Source: a virus (Duplodnaviria > Caudoviricetes). Taken from it: DNA of 53,152 nt. The notes below the pieces were generated by a model that ran no database searches, had not been told where the DNA came from, and saw nothing but the letters and a program-made list of their open reading frames with translations. The translations under genes were made by a program, and so were the position numbers. Shown piece after piece: positions 26,430 to 35,383 of the stretch. Within the stretch, counting starts at the first letter, position 1. Every line of letters begins with the position of its first letter. Location of the stretch: positions 1-53,152 of the IMG/VR virus record IMGVR_UViG_3300032271_000411; one strand, 5' to 3'.

Positions 26430-26657
26430 TTAATTATCAAAAGCTACGCAAATCACGGCGCAACCATGCGACTTGCAGTTGTGAGACTTCAGGGCACGCA
26501 GAAAAGCATCCTCACGCTCGCGGGCGATCGTTGAGCCCCACTTGGCAGGTGTAGCACCTGCAAGCAACTCGTCGCAGCGTGGGCAGCCCTTTGTCTTCTT
26601 GCCAAAGACCACGCCGCCGCAGGAATGTTTAGTTGTTGTGCTTTTTGCCCATGCCAT
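26430..26657 (-). CDS. Cys/His-rich putative Zn-binding protein
   Basis: HSCGG..FG....GCPRCDEL..G...H.C...GC...C.AFD; GGAG RBS. Confidence 0.7.
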   Translation of the reverse strand: MAWAKSTTTKHSCGGVVFGKKTKGCPRCDELLAGATPAKWGSTIAREREDAFLRALKSHNCKSHGCAVICVAFDN

Positions 26658-26659
26658 GA

Positions 26660-26830
26660 TTATTCTCCAAACAGTGATGAGATGACGCGCTTGGCTTCAG
26701 CTTTAAGCTCTTTGTTGCTGACCTCTGAGAAGTCAACGCCGTCACACATCAACTGCATGTGCACGTCAAAGGCCTTGCCCTCGTCTAACTCGGGGAACAT
26801 CTTCATCAAGTCTTTGGTTACTTTGTTCAT
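26660..26830 (-). CDS. Small hypothetical protein (56 aa)
   Basis: Translated by hand, MNKVTKDLMKMFPEL...; GGAG RBS. Confidence 0.65.
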   Translation of the reverse strand: MNKVTKDLMKMFPELDEGKAFDVHMQLMCDGVDFSEVSNKELKAEAKRVISSLFGE

Positions 26831-26876
26831 CGTCTTGCTCCGGTCAGTTTATCTGGTTGGTGTGGTTCGCCCACAA

Positions 26877-26990
26877 ACAAATAGTAACACGAAAAAACAC
26901 ATTGTGTTAAATATTTACAATTATTTTCTAGGTGTTTTCCCTAGTTTTGATAAAAATGTTGTTTTTAGTGTGATTTTGATACAATTTGAA
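26877..26990. promoter_or_regulatory. Divergent promoters: leftward TTAACA-N18-TACTAT; rightward extended -10 TGATACAAT before terS
   Basis: Consensus-like hexamers in an AT-rich gap. Confidence 0.55.
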
Positions 26991-26991
26991 A

Positions 26992-27327
26992 ATGGAAATT
27001 GAAAAACAACCTAAGAAAACCAAGGGCGGTGTCCGTGAAGGCGGCGGTCGTCCTAAGGGCGTGCCTAATAAGGCCACAACGCTCGCCAGAGAGGCCTTCG
27101 CGGCCTTCGTGGATGGGAATGCCCACCGCATGCAGGAGTGGCTTGAGCAGGTCGCTGTCGATCCTAAGCATGGTCCGAAGGTTGCCATTGAATTAGTGCT
27201 GCAGGTCAGCGAGTACCACATCCCTAAGTTGGCTCGCACTGAACACGTTGGCGACGGGGGCGGCCCTGTTGAGATGCGCGTGTCTCTAATTGAGAAGATT
27301 GCAGCCCGACGGCTCAAAGATGGCTGA
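26992..27327 (+). CDS. terS: Terminase small subunit (putative)
   Basis: GG.R.G.GRPKG.PNK.T N-terminus, H.G.GGGPV C-terminus, directly upstream of terL. Confidence 0.7.
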   Translation: MEIEKQPKKTKGGVREGGGRPKGVPNKATTLAREAFAAFVDGNAHRMQEWLEQVAVDPKHGPKVAIELVLQVSEYHIPKLARTEHVGDGGGPVEMRVSLIEKIAARRLKDG

Positions 27328-28714
27328 AGAGCTGGTCGAGCTCAGCATTGAAGAGCTCGTCATGCTCGACTGGCGTGAGTCTTGGTTTGATACCGCACGC
27401 CCCAAACAGATCATGCCCGACGGCGATTGGTGGACGACCTGGTTGATCTTGGCCGGCCGCGGTTGGGGTAAGACAAAGACCGGTGCCCAGGCGCTCGGTT
27501 GGTACGCGGCCACAAACCCCAACACCCGCTGCGGCATCATCGCCCCCACGACCAACGACGTCCGCGCCGTTTGCCTCGAGGGCGAGTCTGGCTTGATGGC
27601 GGTGCTTCCGCCTTCAATCATATCCGGATACAACAAATCATTGCTTGAGGTCACGCTCAAGAACGGCTCTATCATCCGCGGGTTCTCGGCCGAAGAGCCG
27701 TCGCGTCTACGTGGTCCACAGCATCACATCGTTTGGTGTGACGAGGCGGCCGCCTGGCAGTACCCCGACGAGGCGTGGTCGATGATGAAGTTTGGCTTGC
27801 GGCTTGGCCAGAGCCCGAAGGTAATCGTGACCACGACCCCCAAGCCCATCGACTTGGTTCGCCAGTTGGTGGACGAGGCCGAAGACGAGGACAGCTCAAC
27901 GATCATGACCACGGGCTCGACCTTCGAGAACGCCGATAACCTCGCCAAGTCATTCATCGATGAGCTCGCGCAGTTTGACGGCACCACGCTCGGCCGCCAA
28001 GAGCTGTACGCCGAGCTGATCTCTGAGCTCGAGGGCGGTATCGTCAGCGAGAGCTGGTTCAAGCTCTGGCCGGCCGCCAAGCCCCTGCCTCAGTTCGAGT
28101 ACGTCGTACAGTCGTACGACTGCGCGACCTCGGACAAGACCTCCAACGACCCGACCGCCTGCGTGGTGCTCGGGATCTTTCGCCCGTCGCCCGACAAGGC
28201 CATGTCCGCGATGGTGATCGACGCCTGGTCGGAGCACATGCTCTACCCTGACCTGCGCCCTAAGGTCATCGAAGAGGCCACCTCTATATATGGTGACGAG
28301 AACGAGTTCGGGAACGGCAAGAAAGTTGACTTGATCCTAATCGAGGACAAGTCCGCGGGCATCTCGCTCATCCAAGACCTGCAACGCGCCAACCTACCCG
28401 TGCGATCCTACAACCCAGGGCGTGCCGACAAGACCATGCGCCTGAACTTAGTCGCCCCGCTCATCATGCGCGGGCGCGTCTACCTGCCCGAGTCTGAGGA
28501 TCGACCAGGCAAGCCCCGCAAGTGGCTCAACCCCTTTGTCACCCAGGTCTGCTCCTTCCCCAACGCCAAGCACGACGACTACTGCGACGCGCTTAGCCAA
28601 GCCCTGCGCGTGCTGCGCGACATGAACTTCATTGAAATTGACCCGGTTGTGCATTATGATGACGAGTATGACGAGGATCGACGGATCCGGCGTGAGAATC
28701 CCTATGCGATGTGA
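27320..28714 (+). CDS. terL: Terminase large subunit
   Basis: AGRGWGKT, LRGPQ, WCDE, TTTP, QSYDCA, IEDKSAG, FPNAKHDD.CDA. Confidence 0.95.
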   Translation: MAEELVELSIEELVMLDWRESWFDTARPKQIMPDGDWWTTWLILAGRGWGKTKTGAQALGWYAATNPNTRCGIIAPTTNDVRAVCLEGESGLMAVLPPSIISGYNKSLLEVTLKNGSIIRGFSAEEPSRLRGPQHHIVWCDEAAAWQYPDEAWSMMKFGLRLGQSPKVIVTTTPKPIDLVRQLVDEAEDEDSSTIMTTGSTFENADNLAKSFIDELAQFDGTTLGRQELYAELISELEGGIVSESWFKLWPAAKPLPQFEYVVQSYDCATSDKTSNDPTACVVLGIFRPSPDKAMSAMVIDAWSEHMLYPDLRPKVIEEATSIYGDENEFGNGKKVDLILIEDKSAGISLIQDLQRANLPVRSYNPGRADKTMRLNLVAPLIMRGRVYLPESEDRPGKPRKWLNPFVTQVCSFPNAKHDDYCDALSQALRVLRDMNFIEIDPVVHYDDEYDEDRRIRRENPYAM

Positions 28715-28717
28715 TCT

Positions 28718-30508
28718 ATGACAAATCCACTCGATTACACGATCCAAGACCCCGAGGCTATGCGCTACGCGCTTATGCAAGACTCGAGCTACCGCGGGGG
28801 CGGCGCTGTGCGCATGGCCGACGGCGGTATCCTTGACGGCCACCCCGTTTTTCAGACAGCGCAGACGCCCTTCGCCGAGTACCGGCACAGCATCGGCATG
28901 AACCACGGCGGCATGCACTTCGATGAGGGCGGCCAAGTAACGGGCTACGGTTCAGACGTGCCACAATTAGATGATCGTGGGCACTTAATCCGTGCACAGC
29001 CAACGGCTGAGCAGCGACTGCTTGACCGCGGCATTGCCCCTGAAGGTATGTCTGACTCTCAGTATGCGCAGGCGCAAATTGATCGAGGCAATACAAAGCC
29101 TGGGCACATCGCCAATGCGCTAACGCGCATTTTATCTATTCCCGAACATCTGATTGGCTCTAGTATGGGGCTTGACCCAATGATGGGTCTGATCGGCAAG
29201 ACAGGCGAACTGCATAGCATACCTAAGGCTGGGCAGTACGCAGCGAGCCGAGTTGCGCCATTTGCTAAAGACACCGCCCAGATGGCTGCTGAGTTGTATG
29301 AGCGTGGACAGATGCCCGGCATGGTTGCGCCTGCGTCATATGCAATATCTCCAGAAAAAGCTGCGACGCGCATGCAAGCAAAGTCAATCATTGACCCGCA
29401 ACGCATGGCGTTCCCTGGTATTTACAGCCACCCATCCGAGATCGCCGCCGAGGCTGCCTCACGGGTCGCCCCCGAAAGCCCCAACCTCAAACGCGTCTTT
29501 GGCGTGAGCCGCGACGATTTATATGAGATCGGCAAGGACTTGCGCGGTAACTTGCCTGGCACGCTGCCTGGTGCTGCGGCCAAACCTAAGGGCTCAACGG
29601 CAGCAGAGAGGGTCATGTCAGACAAGAACGTTCAGCGCATCTTGGACGTCAACGCCGAGGCCGAGAAGTATCCCGAGCTCGTGCGTGGTATGGATCCTTG
29701 GTATGTCATGACACCGTACTACAAGCGCATGGTTGAGTTGCTCGGTCCAGAAAAAGCGGCGATCGAGTACCGATTACAAAATACCCTCATGGGCATGGCC
29801 TCGCCTGGCTCTGAGGTTACCACCGAGATCCCGCGTGGCTCGGCTGCCTACTTCCTGCAAAAGCAGGGCAGGTGGCCTGAGTTTATGAAAGACATAGGAA
29901 TTGCCCAAGATAAAAGAGAGGCCGCGGGTGTGGCCTCAGATATCATCGGGGTGCCAGGCCACGTCTATCATCGGACGGCGCAGGCCGGTCCAATGGACAA
30001 GTTCTTGAGCACTGGTGATTTCACCATGACCACGCCAAAGGTGCCGATGTATATCGAGGCGAGTGGCGTGCCAGAGACTGGCTTTCAGACACGGACACCT
30101 GTTGGCGACGCGCACTGGTCGCGTGCTGTTGGCTTGGCCGACACTCGAGGTGCAAAGACCAGCAAGGGCAAAGAGGTTGTGCCAGGCGGTAGCGTGAGCA
30201 ACCCCGAGATGGCCCAACTCGCGCCTTGGTGGCGCGACAAGATTGCTGCCCAACTAGGTATTGAGTCTGTGCCCGCACAGGCGCGAACATGGGGGGCGTT
30301 CTCTGGCCAAACCGGTGTGACCACGCCAATCGGTTCGCCTAAGCTCGAGATGATTGCTGACCAAATTGCTATGACAGCAAAGCGTTTAGGCGTAAGCATT
30401 GAAACCGCCCGCGATATGGTTATGACAGGACAGGCACGAATGGGTAAAAAAGACGGCGGCGAAGTATCCCTCGATCAAATGCGCCACGAACTAACAAAGG
30501 CTAAATAA
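28718..30508 (+). CDS. Late protein with GG-motif repeats and a possible HhH-GPD glycosylase-like domain
   Basis: MADGG/FDEGG/KKDGG motifs; WY...ASP...PKV..Y...VGDAHWSR...AQARTW. Confidence 0.45.
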   Translation: MTNPLDYTIQDPEAMRYALMQDSSYRGGGAVRMADGGILDGHPVFQTAQTPFAEYRHSIGMNHGGMHFDEGGQVTGYGSDVPQLDDRGHLIRAQPTAEQRLLDRGIAPEGMSDSQYAQAQIDRGNTKPGHIANALTRILSIPEHLIGSSMGLDPMMGLIGKTGELHSIPKAGQYAASRVAPFAKDTAQMAAELYERGQMPGMVAPASYAISPEKAATRMQAKSIIDPQRMAFPGIYSHPSEIAAEAASRVAPESPNLKRVFGVSRDDLYEIGKDLRGNLPGTLPGAAAKPKGSTAAERVMSDKNVQRILDVNAEAEKYPELVRGMDPWYVMTPYYKRMVELLGPEKAAIEYRLQNTLMGMASPGSEVTTEIPRGSAAYFLQKQGRWPEFMKDIGIAQDKREAAGVASDIIGVPGHVYHRTAQAGPMDKFLSTGDFTMTTPKVPMYIEASGVPETGFQTRTPVGDAHWSRAVGLADTRGAKTSKGKEVVPGGSVSNPEMAQLAPWWRDKIAAQLGIESVPAQARTWGAFSGQTGVTTPIGSPKLEMIADQIAMTAKRLGVSIETARDMVMTGQARMGKKDGGEVSLDQMRHELTKAK

Positions 30509-30510
30509 TT

Positions 30511-33054
30511 ATGGCAACCCAGATGCCCATCCCGCAGGACTATGGCCGTTTTGTGCCCCCGATATCAGAGGGATCAGAAGAGTTTGCCAACACCGCCGAG
30601 GTCGATCTGTTTGACCAGGCCGACGTTCAAGAGCAGGACGACGGCTCAGCGATCGTGCGCCTAGAGGACGATGATCTATTAGGTCCTGATGACTCGCCTG
30701 ACTTCTACGAGAACTTGGCTGATGTCATTGACTCGTATGACTTAACAGGTGTAGCGCTCAAGTACCTTGAGCTCGTTGAGAAAGACAAGTCAGCCCGCGA
30801 GGGGCGAGATAAGCAGTATGAGGAAGGGTTGCGTCGCACGGGGCTTGGCCAAGACGCGCCAGGCGGTGCCTCGTTTATGGGGGCAAGTAAGGTCGTGCAC
30901 CCCATCATGGCCGAGGGCTGCGTAGACTTCGCCGCCCGCGCCATCAAAGAGCTCTTCCCGCCTGACGGTCCAGTGCGCTCAAAGATTCTGGGCGAGGTGA
31001 CTGAGCAAAAGACTGCGATCGCCGAGCGCAAGCGCGATTACATGAACTACCAGTTGACCGAGAAGATCGAAGAGTACCGCGACGAGGAGGAGCAGTTGCT
31101 CACCCAGTTGCCGCTTGGTGGCTCGCAGTACATGAAGATCTGGTACGACGAGTCTAAGCGCCGCCCCTGCGCTGAGTTCTTGCCGATTGATAACGTGTAC
31201 CTGCCATTTGCCGCGGCCAACTTCTACACCGCAAGTCGCGTGACCGAGGTCAACGACATCACCCAGGACGACTTTGAGGCTCGCGTCTCGAGCGGGCTCT
31301 ACATTGACTTGGACATCTATCGCGCCTCGCAAGAGCCAGAAGAGTCAAAGCCAGAAAAAGCCAACAACAAGATTGAAGGCCGCAACAGCGAGGCCGATAA
31401 CATTGACGGCGTGCGCCGCGTGTTTCACATCTACACTTGGATGGAACTCGAGGACGACAAGAAGAGCAAGGGCGAGCGTGCCCCTTACATCTTGATGATT
31501 GATGAGTTGTCGTCCGAGGTCGTGGGGCTTTACCGCAACTGGGAAGACGGCGACGAGTTGATGTCAAAGCTCGACTGGATCGTTGAGTTTAAATTCATCC
31601 CTTGGCGAGGTGCTTATGCTGTCGGTCTGCCTCATCTTATTGGCGGCCTATCTGCCGCTCTTACTGGTGCTTTGCGTGCTTTACTTGACTCTGCGCACAT
31701 CAACAACGCCCCCACGATGCTCAAGCTCAAGGGCGGCAAAGTCTCGGGGCAAAGCATCGTCGTTGAGCCCACCCAAGTCACGGAAATCGAAGGTGCGCCA
31801 GGCGTAGACGACGTACGCAAGATTGCCATGCCGATGCCGTTCAATCAGCCCTCGGCCGTGCTGTTTCAGTTGCTTGGTTGGTTGACGGACGCCGCTAAAG
31901 GCGTGGTCACAACCGCCGAAGAGAAGATCGCCAACGTCACCTCCAACGCCCCCGTTGGCACCACGCAAGCGCTCATCGAGCAGGGCGCTGCCGTATTCTC
32001 GGCCATCCATGCACGGCTTCACACAAGCCAGGCGCGGGTGCTCAAGATCATCGGGCGCTTGAACCGTTGGTATCTGGACGACAACCCAGACGAGATGAGC
32101 CGCGAACTTGGCGTCACCTCAAAAGACTTTGAGAAGAACTCGGACGTGGTGCCGGTCTCTGACCCGCATATTTTTGCCGAGTCGCAGCGCTACGCCCAGG
32201 TGCAAGCGCTGGCCGCACGCGCCCAGGCTAACCCTGACCTCTACAACCGGTTGGCTGTTGAGAAGCGGATCCTTAAACAGATCAAGCTGCCCGACATCAA
32301 CGAGGTTTTACCTGACCCGCAGGACGTAAAAGAAATGAACCCGGCGCTTGAGAACGTCGCCATGACACTTGGCAAGCCTGTCGGTGCGTTCCCGAACCAA
32401 GACCACCTCGCCCACCTGCAAGTCCACCTTGACTACGCCAAAGACCCGATGTACGGGGCAAGCCCAATTATCGCGCCGGTGTTTACCCCACAAATGCTCG
32501 AGCATCTCAAGCAGCACTTGACGCTCTGGTACCTGAACACGATGGACAAGTATGCGTCTGACGCGTTGGGCGAGTCGTTTGATATCCTGAAGGTTCAGCC
32601 AATAATGCGGGAAGCCCAACAGCTACTTGCGGCGAGCTCGCAACATGTGCACCAGGACACGCAGCAGCAGTTTGCAGGCGTAGTGCCTGTCATGCAGCAG
32701 ATGATCCAGACCCTTCAACAACTCAAGTCGCAGCAGGCACCGACTGACCCAAGCGTGCAAGCCTTGGTTCAGACTCAGATGGCTGAAACGAACCGTAAAA
32801 CGCAAGCCGATCAAGCCAAAATTCAACTTGACCAGGCCAAGCTGGCTGCGGACGTCAAGGCCAAGCAGGAAAAGAACGTCGCTGACGAGCAAATCAAGGC
32901 GGCCGAGCTCACCCACGACATCAACTTGCTGACGCTTGAGCAGCAACATGAGCAGCAACGTCAACAACTTCAAGCGCAACAGCAGCAACAAATTGCAGCA
33001 CAGCAAGCAGCACAACAATCTCAACCTCAAGAAGTACCACCGCAAGGAGTTTAA
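30511..33054 (+). CDS. Portal protein
   Basis: Size, position after terL, HP.MAE..V.F.A.A..ELFP..GPV, APVGTT.AL.EQG, Gln-rich helical tail. Confidence 0.88.
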   Translation: MATQMPIPQDYGRFVPPISEGSEEFANTAEVDLFDQADVQEQDDGSAIVRLEDDDLLGPDDSPDFYENLADVIDSYDLTGVALKYLELVEKDKSAREGRDKQYEEGLRRTGLGQDAPGGASFMGASKVVHPIMAEGCVDFAARAIKELFPPDGPVRSKILGEVTEQKTAIAERKRDYMNYQLTEKIEEYRDEEEQLLTQLPLGGSQYMKIWYDESKRRPCAEFLPIDNVYLPFAAANFYTASRVTEVNDITQDDFEARVSSGLYIDLDIYRASQEPEESKPEKANNKIEGRNSEADNIDGVRRVFHIYTWMELEDDKKSKGERAPYILMIDELSSEVVGLYRNWEDGDELMSKLDWIVEFKFIPWRGAYAVGLPHLIGGLSAALTGALRALLDSAHINNAPTMLKLKGGKVSGQSIVVEPTQVTEIEGAPGVDDVRKIAMPMPFNQPSAVLFQLLGWLTDAAKGVVTTAEEKIANVTSNAPVGTTQALIEQGAAVFSAIHARLHTSQARVLKIIGRLNRWYLDDNPDEMSRELGVTSKDFEKNSDVVPVSDPHIFAESQRYAQVQALAARAQANPDLYNRLAVEKRILKQIKLPDINEVLPDPQDVKEMNPALENVAMTLGKPVGAFPNQDHLAHLQVHLDYAKDPMYGASPIIAPVFTPQMLEHLKQHLTLWYLNTMDKYASDALGESFDILKVQPIMREAQQLLAASSQHVHQDTQQQFAGVVPVMQQMIQTLQQLKSQQAPTDPSVQALVQTQMAETNRKTQADQAKIQLDQAKLAADVKAKQEKNVADEQIKAAELTHDINLLTLEQQHEQQRQQLQAQQQQQIAAQQAAQQSQPQEVPPQGV

Positions 33055-33056
33055 TC

Positions 33057-33338
33057 ATGTCTGACGCAATTTCGCAGCACAAACGTATGGCAATGGGCGA
33101 GTCCGTGCCCTTGGCAGGCGGCAAATCAGTGATCCAAAAGTATGCCAAGGGCGGCGCAGTGATGGCCGAGAGCAAGGCAGCTAACTTACCGGCCAAGGGT
33201 GGCGCATTGCAACCCGTCAAGGCGACTGGCGAGAAGATCGCAACCTTCAAAAAGGGTGGCGTTGTGCCTAAGAACGGCATGGGCTTGAAGATAATCATCG
33301 GTGTTCCTGCGCGTAAAGCCGCCGGCCGTGGTCGTTAA
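33057..33338 (+). CDS. Small basic protein with four GG motifs
   Basis: LAGGK, YAKGGAV, PAKGGAL, FKKGGVV; AAGGAG RBS. Confidence 0.7.
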   Translation: MSDAISQHKRMAMGESVPLAGGKSVIQKYAKGGAVMAESKAANLPAKGGALQPVKATGEKIATFKKGGVVPKNGMGLKIIIGVPARKAAGRGR

Positions 33339-33519
33339 CCCAGTCAGCGAGCTAATCGGCAAGATAAAGGAGCGGCGCTTAGAGCTAGCGCTCTCCCTTG
33401 CTGACGGCTACGCGATCAACATTGAGTCTTACCACCGGATGGTTGGCACGTATCAAGGGCTTGGTGAAGCCCTGGACATACTTGACAGTATCTTGAATGA
33501 TGAGGACGAGGATTTGTAA
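33328..33519 (+). CDS. Hypothetical head-module protein
   Basis: L.DG.A...ESY..MVG..QGL..A; start uncertain (GTG). Confidence 0.7.
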   Translation: MVVNPVSELIGKIKERRLELALSLADGYAINIESYHRMVGTYQGLGEALDILDSILNDEDEDL

Positions 33520-33962
33520 ACGCCTTTAGCAAGCGGGGGTGTCTACTGGTAAGGGTCGTTACCTCAAACGCCTAGCTTTAGGGCTGACGCTTCGGAATAG
33601 ACGAGGGTCAACACGCATAGGGGTTGCTGGCTGACGAGCAGCATCAGACTGAGTCCAAAGGGCTGTGACAAGGCCAGCCACGGTTTGATGTACAAAAGGC
33701 AGTCCCTAGCCGTGTTGGTATGTGAAAGCAGATGCTGTTGGATTGCTAAAAAACCTTAACCGATATTCTAATGTCGGTGGCTACAGCACCCGCCATCTAA
33801 GCGCCTGCTGATCACAGGGGCAGTGCAGCGAGTAATTTACCAACACGGGATTGTCCATCGTAAATGACAATGTAGCGGCTTGCGGGCGAAATCTGAACAG
33901 AACAATGAGAGCTGTGTATCTCAGGCAAGGAACGACAGTGACACCTCGGAAAGACGAGGATA
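33520..33962 (+). ncRNA. Putative multi-module structured RNA (family not identified)
   Basis: No ORF in the track; many stems with G-U pairs, a possible pseudoknot, a GAA/AGUA motif, two related CG-GAA(U)AGA-CGAGG hairpins. Confidence 0.6.
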
Positions 33963-34012
33963 ACCGCGCCGAATGGCGCTTTTAACCAAGTGCCGAATGG
34001 CGCTTTAAGGAG
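33961..34012 (+). promoter_or_regulatory. Tandem duplicated hairpins before the groES RBS
   Basis: GCGCC-gaat-GGCGC and AGTGCC-gaat-GGCGCT, then AAGGAG. Confidence 0.6.
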
Positions 34013-34017
34013 TAGGT

Positions 34018-34428
34018 ATGAAGGACTTTGAAACCCTCGATGAGGCGTTCCCGCAGTGCGTACATGGCATCACACCACTAGGTGCCCGAGTGTTGTTACA
34101 ACTCAAAAGCGTCAAAAAAGCCAGTAAAGGCGGCATCATCCTAGTAGAAGAAACACGCGAAACTGAGCGTGCGCAGTCAATGATTGGCAAGGTCTTAGCG
34201 CTTGGTCCAATCGCATTCAAAAACCGTGACACTTTATCTGAATGGGGCGAAGGCATCTGGTGCCAGGTCGGCGACTACGTGCGCGTACCCCGTTGGTCAG
34301 GCGATCGGTTCACAGTGCCCAACCCAAACGACGCAGAAGACCAAGTTTCACTGCAAATCCTGAACGATTTTGAGTTATGGGCGAAGGTTGACCCTGACCA
34401 AGTCTTAACAATGAGGCAATTTGTATGA
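34018..34428 (+). CDS. groES: Co-chaperonin GroES-like protein
   Basis: PLG.RVL.......SKGGIIL......G.V.A.GP...VGD.V...ILND. Confidence 0.85.
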   Translation: MKDFETLDEAFPQCVHGITPLGARVLLQLKSVKKASKGGIILVEETRETERAQSMIGKVLALGPIAFKNRDTLSEWGEGIWCQVGDYVRVPRWSGDRFTVPNPNDAEDQVSLQILNDFELWAKVDPDQVLTMRQFV

Positions 34429-35381
34429 CACCCACTGATAAAGCAGAGATGCAAGTCGCCGAAGAGCAGGATGGCTCGGCCGTTGTGCACCTGGAGGACG
34501 GCGAAGCGCCCGAGGCCGAAGAAAAACCCGAACTTGCCGAGGGTGGCGAGGTTGAAACCAACGACGGGCTTGATTCTGACCCCGATCGGGAGCAAATTCG
34601 CGCCGCTCGACGCGAAGAAAGACGGTTAAAAAAGCAAATTCATCGCGAAAAGACTAAAGAATCTAGTCACCTTATCAACAATTTGCGCACACAAAACCAG
34701 CAACTCTCGGAGCGCCTCGCGCACCTTGAGAAACGCACCTCTGGGGCTGAATTAGCCCGTGTTGACAAGGCGATTGACGATACCGAAGTCCAGATTGAGT
34801 ACGCAAAGATGAAAATGCGTGAGGCCGTCGCCAATCAGGACGGTGACGCAGTCGTCAAGGCTCAAGAGCTAATGTACGAGTCGCAACGCAAGGTCGAGTC
34901 GCTTAAATCTATCAAAGATCAGGCAACCCGGCAGATGTCGCAGCCACCCAAGCCCACAATGAACGTGCCAGACCCGGCTGTTCAGCGTAACGCCGCGGAT
35001 TGGATGGAGCGCAACCCGTGGTATGACCCACAGGCCAAGGACATGGACTCGGAAATCGCGCAGCGCTTGGACAAAAAGCTCACCGACGAGGGTTATGACC
35101 CCTCTTCGCCCGATTACTGGGATGAGCTCGATGAACGTGTCTCAAAGTACTTGCCGCATCGCATGAGTGGTGCTGCGCCGCAACGCGCCGCAACGCAGCG
35201 CCCCCGCGTGACAGGCTCAGGGCGCGAGTCCGCACCAACCGGCCGCGCTAACGAGTTCCGTCTTTCGGCTGACCGCGTGCAGGCCATCAAAGACATGGGC
35301 GCTTGGGATAACCCCGATCAACGCGCAAAGATGATCAAATCCTACGCAAAATATGACCGTGAAAACAAAGGAAGGAACTAA
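34425..35381 (+). CDS. Putative capsid scaffolding protein
   Basis: Acidic N-terminus, coiled coil, W..RN.W, G.DP.S.DYW.ELD; upstream of the capsid genes. Confidence 0.65.
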   Translation: MTPTDKAEMQVAEEQDGSAVVHLEDGEAPEAEEKPELAEGGEVETNDGLDSDPDREQIRAARREERRLKKQIHREKTKESSHLINNLRTQNQQLSERLAHLEKRTSGAELARVDKAIDDTEVQIEYAKMKMREAVANQDGDAVVKAQELMYESQRKVESLKSIKDQATRQMSQPPKPTMNVPDPAVQRNAADWMERNPWYDPQAKDMDSEIAQRLDKKLTDEGYDPSSPDYWDELDERVSKYLPHRMSGAAPQRAATQRPRVTGSGRESAPTGRANEFRLSADRVQAIKDMGAWDNPDQRAKMIKSYAKYDRENKGRN

Positions 35382-35383
35382 TC

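Noticed and set aside
33631-33680. CTGACGAG suggests a hammerhead ribozyme core
   Set aside because: No GAAA correctly placed after a stem II and no matching cleavage triplet arrangement
33520-33962. tRNA or ochre suppressor tRNA that could explain the capsid TAA
   Set aside because: No cloverleaf with a TTCRA T-loop could be built
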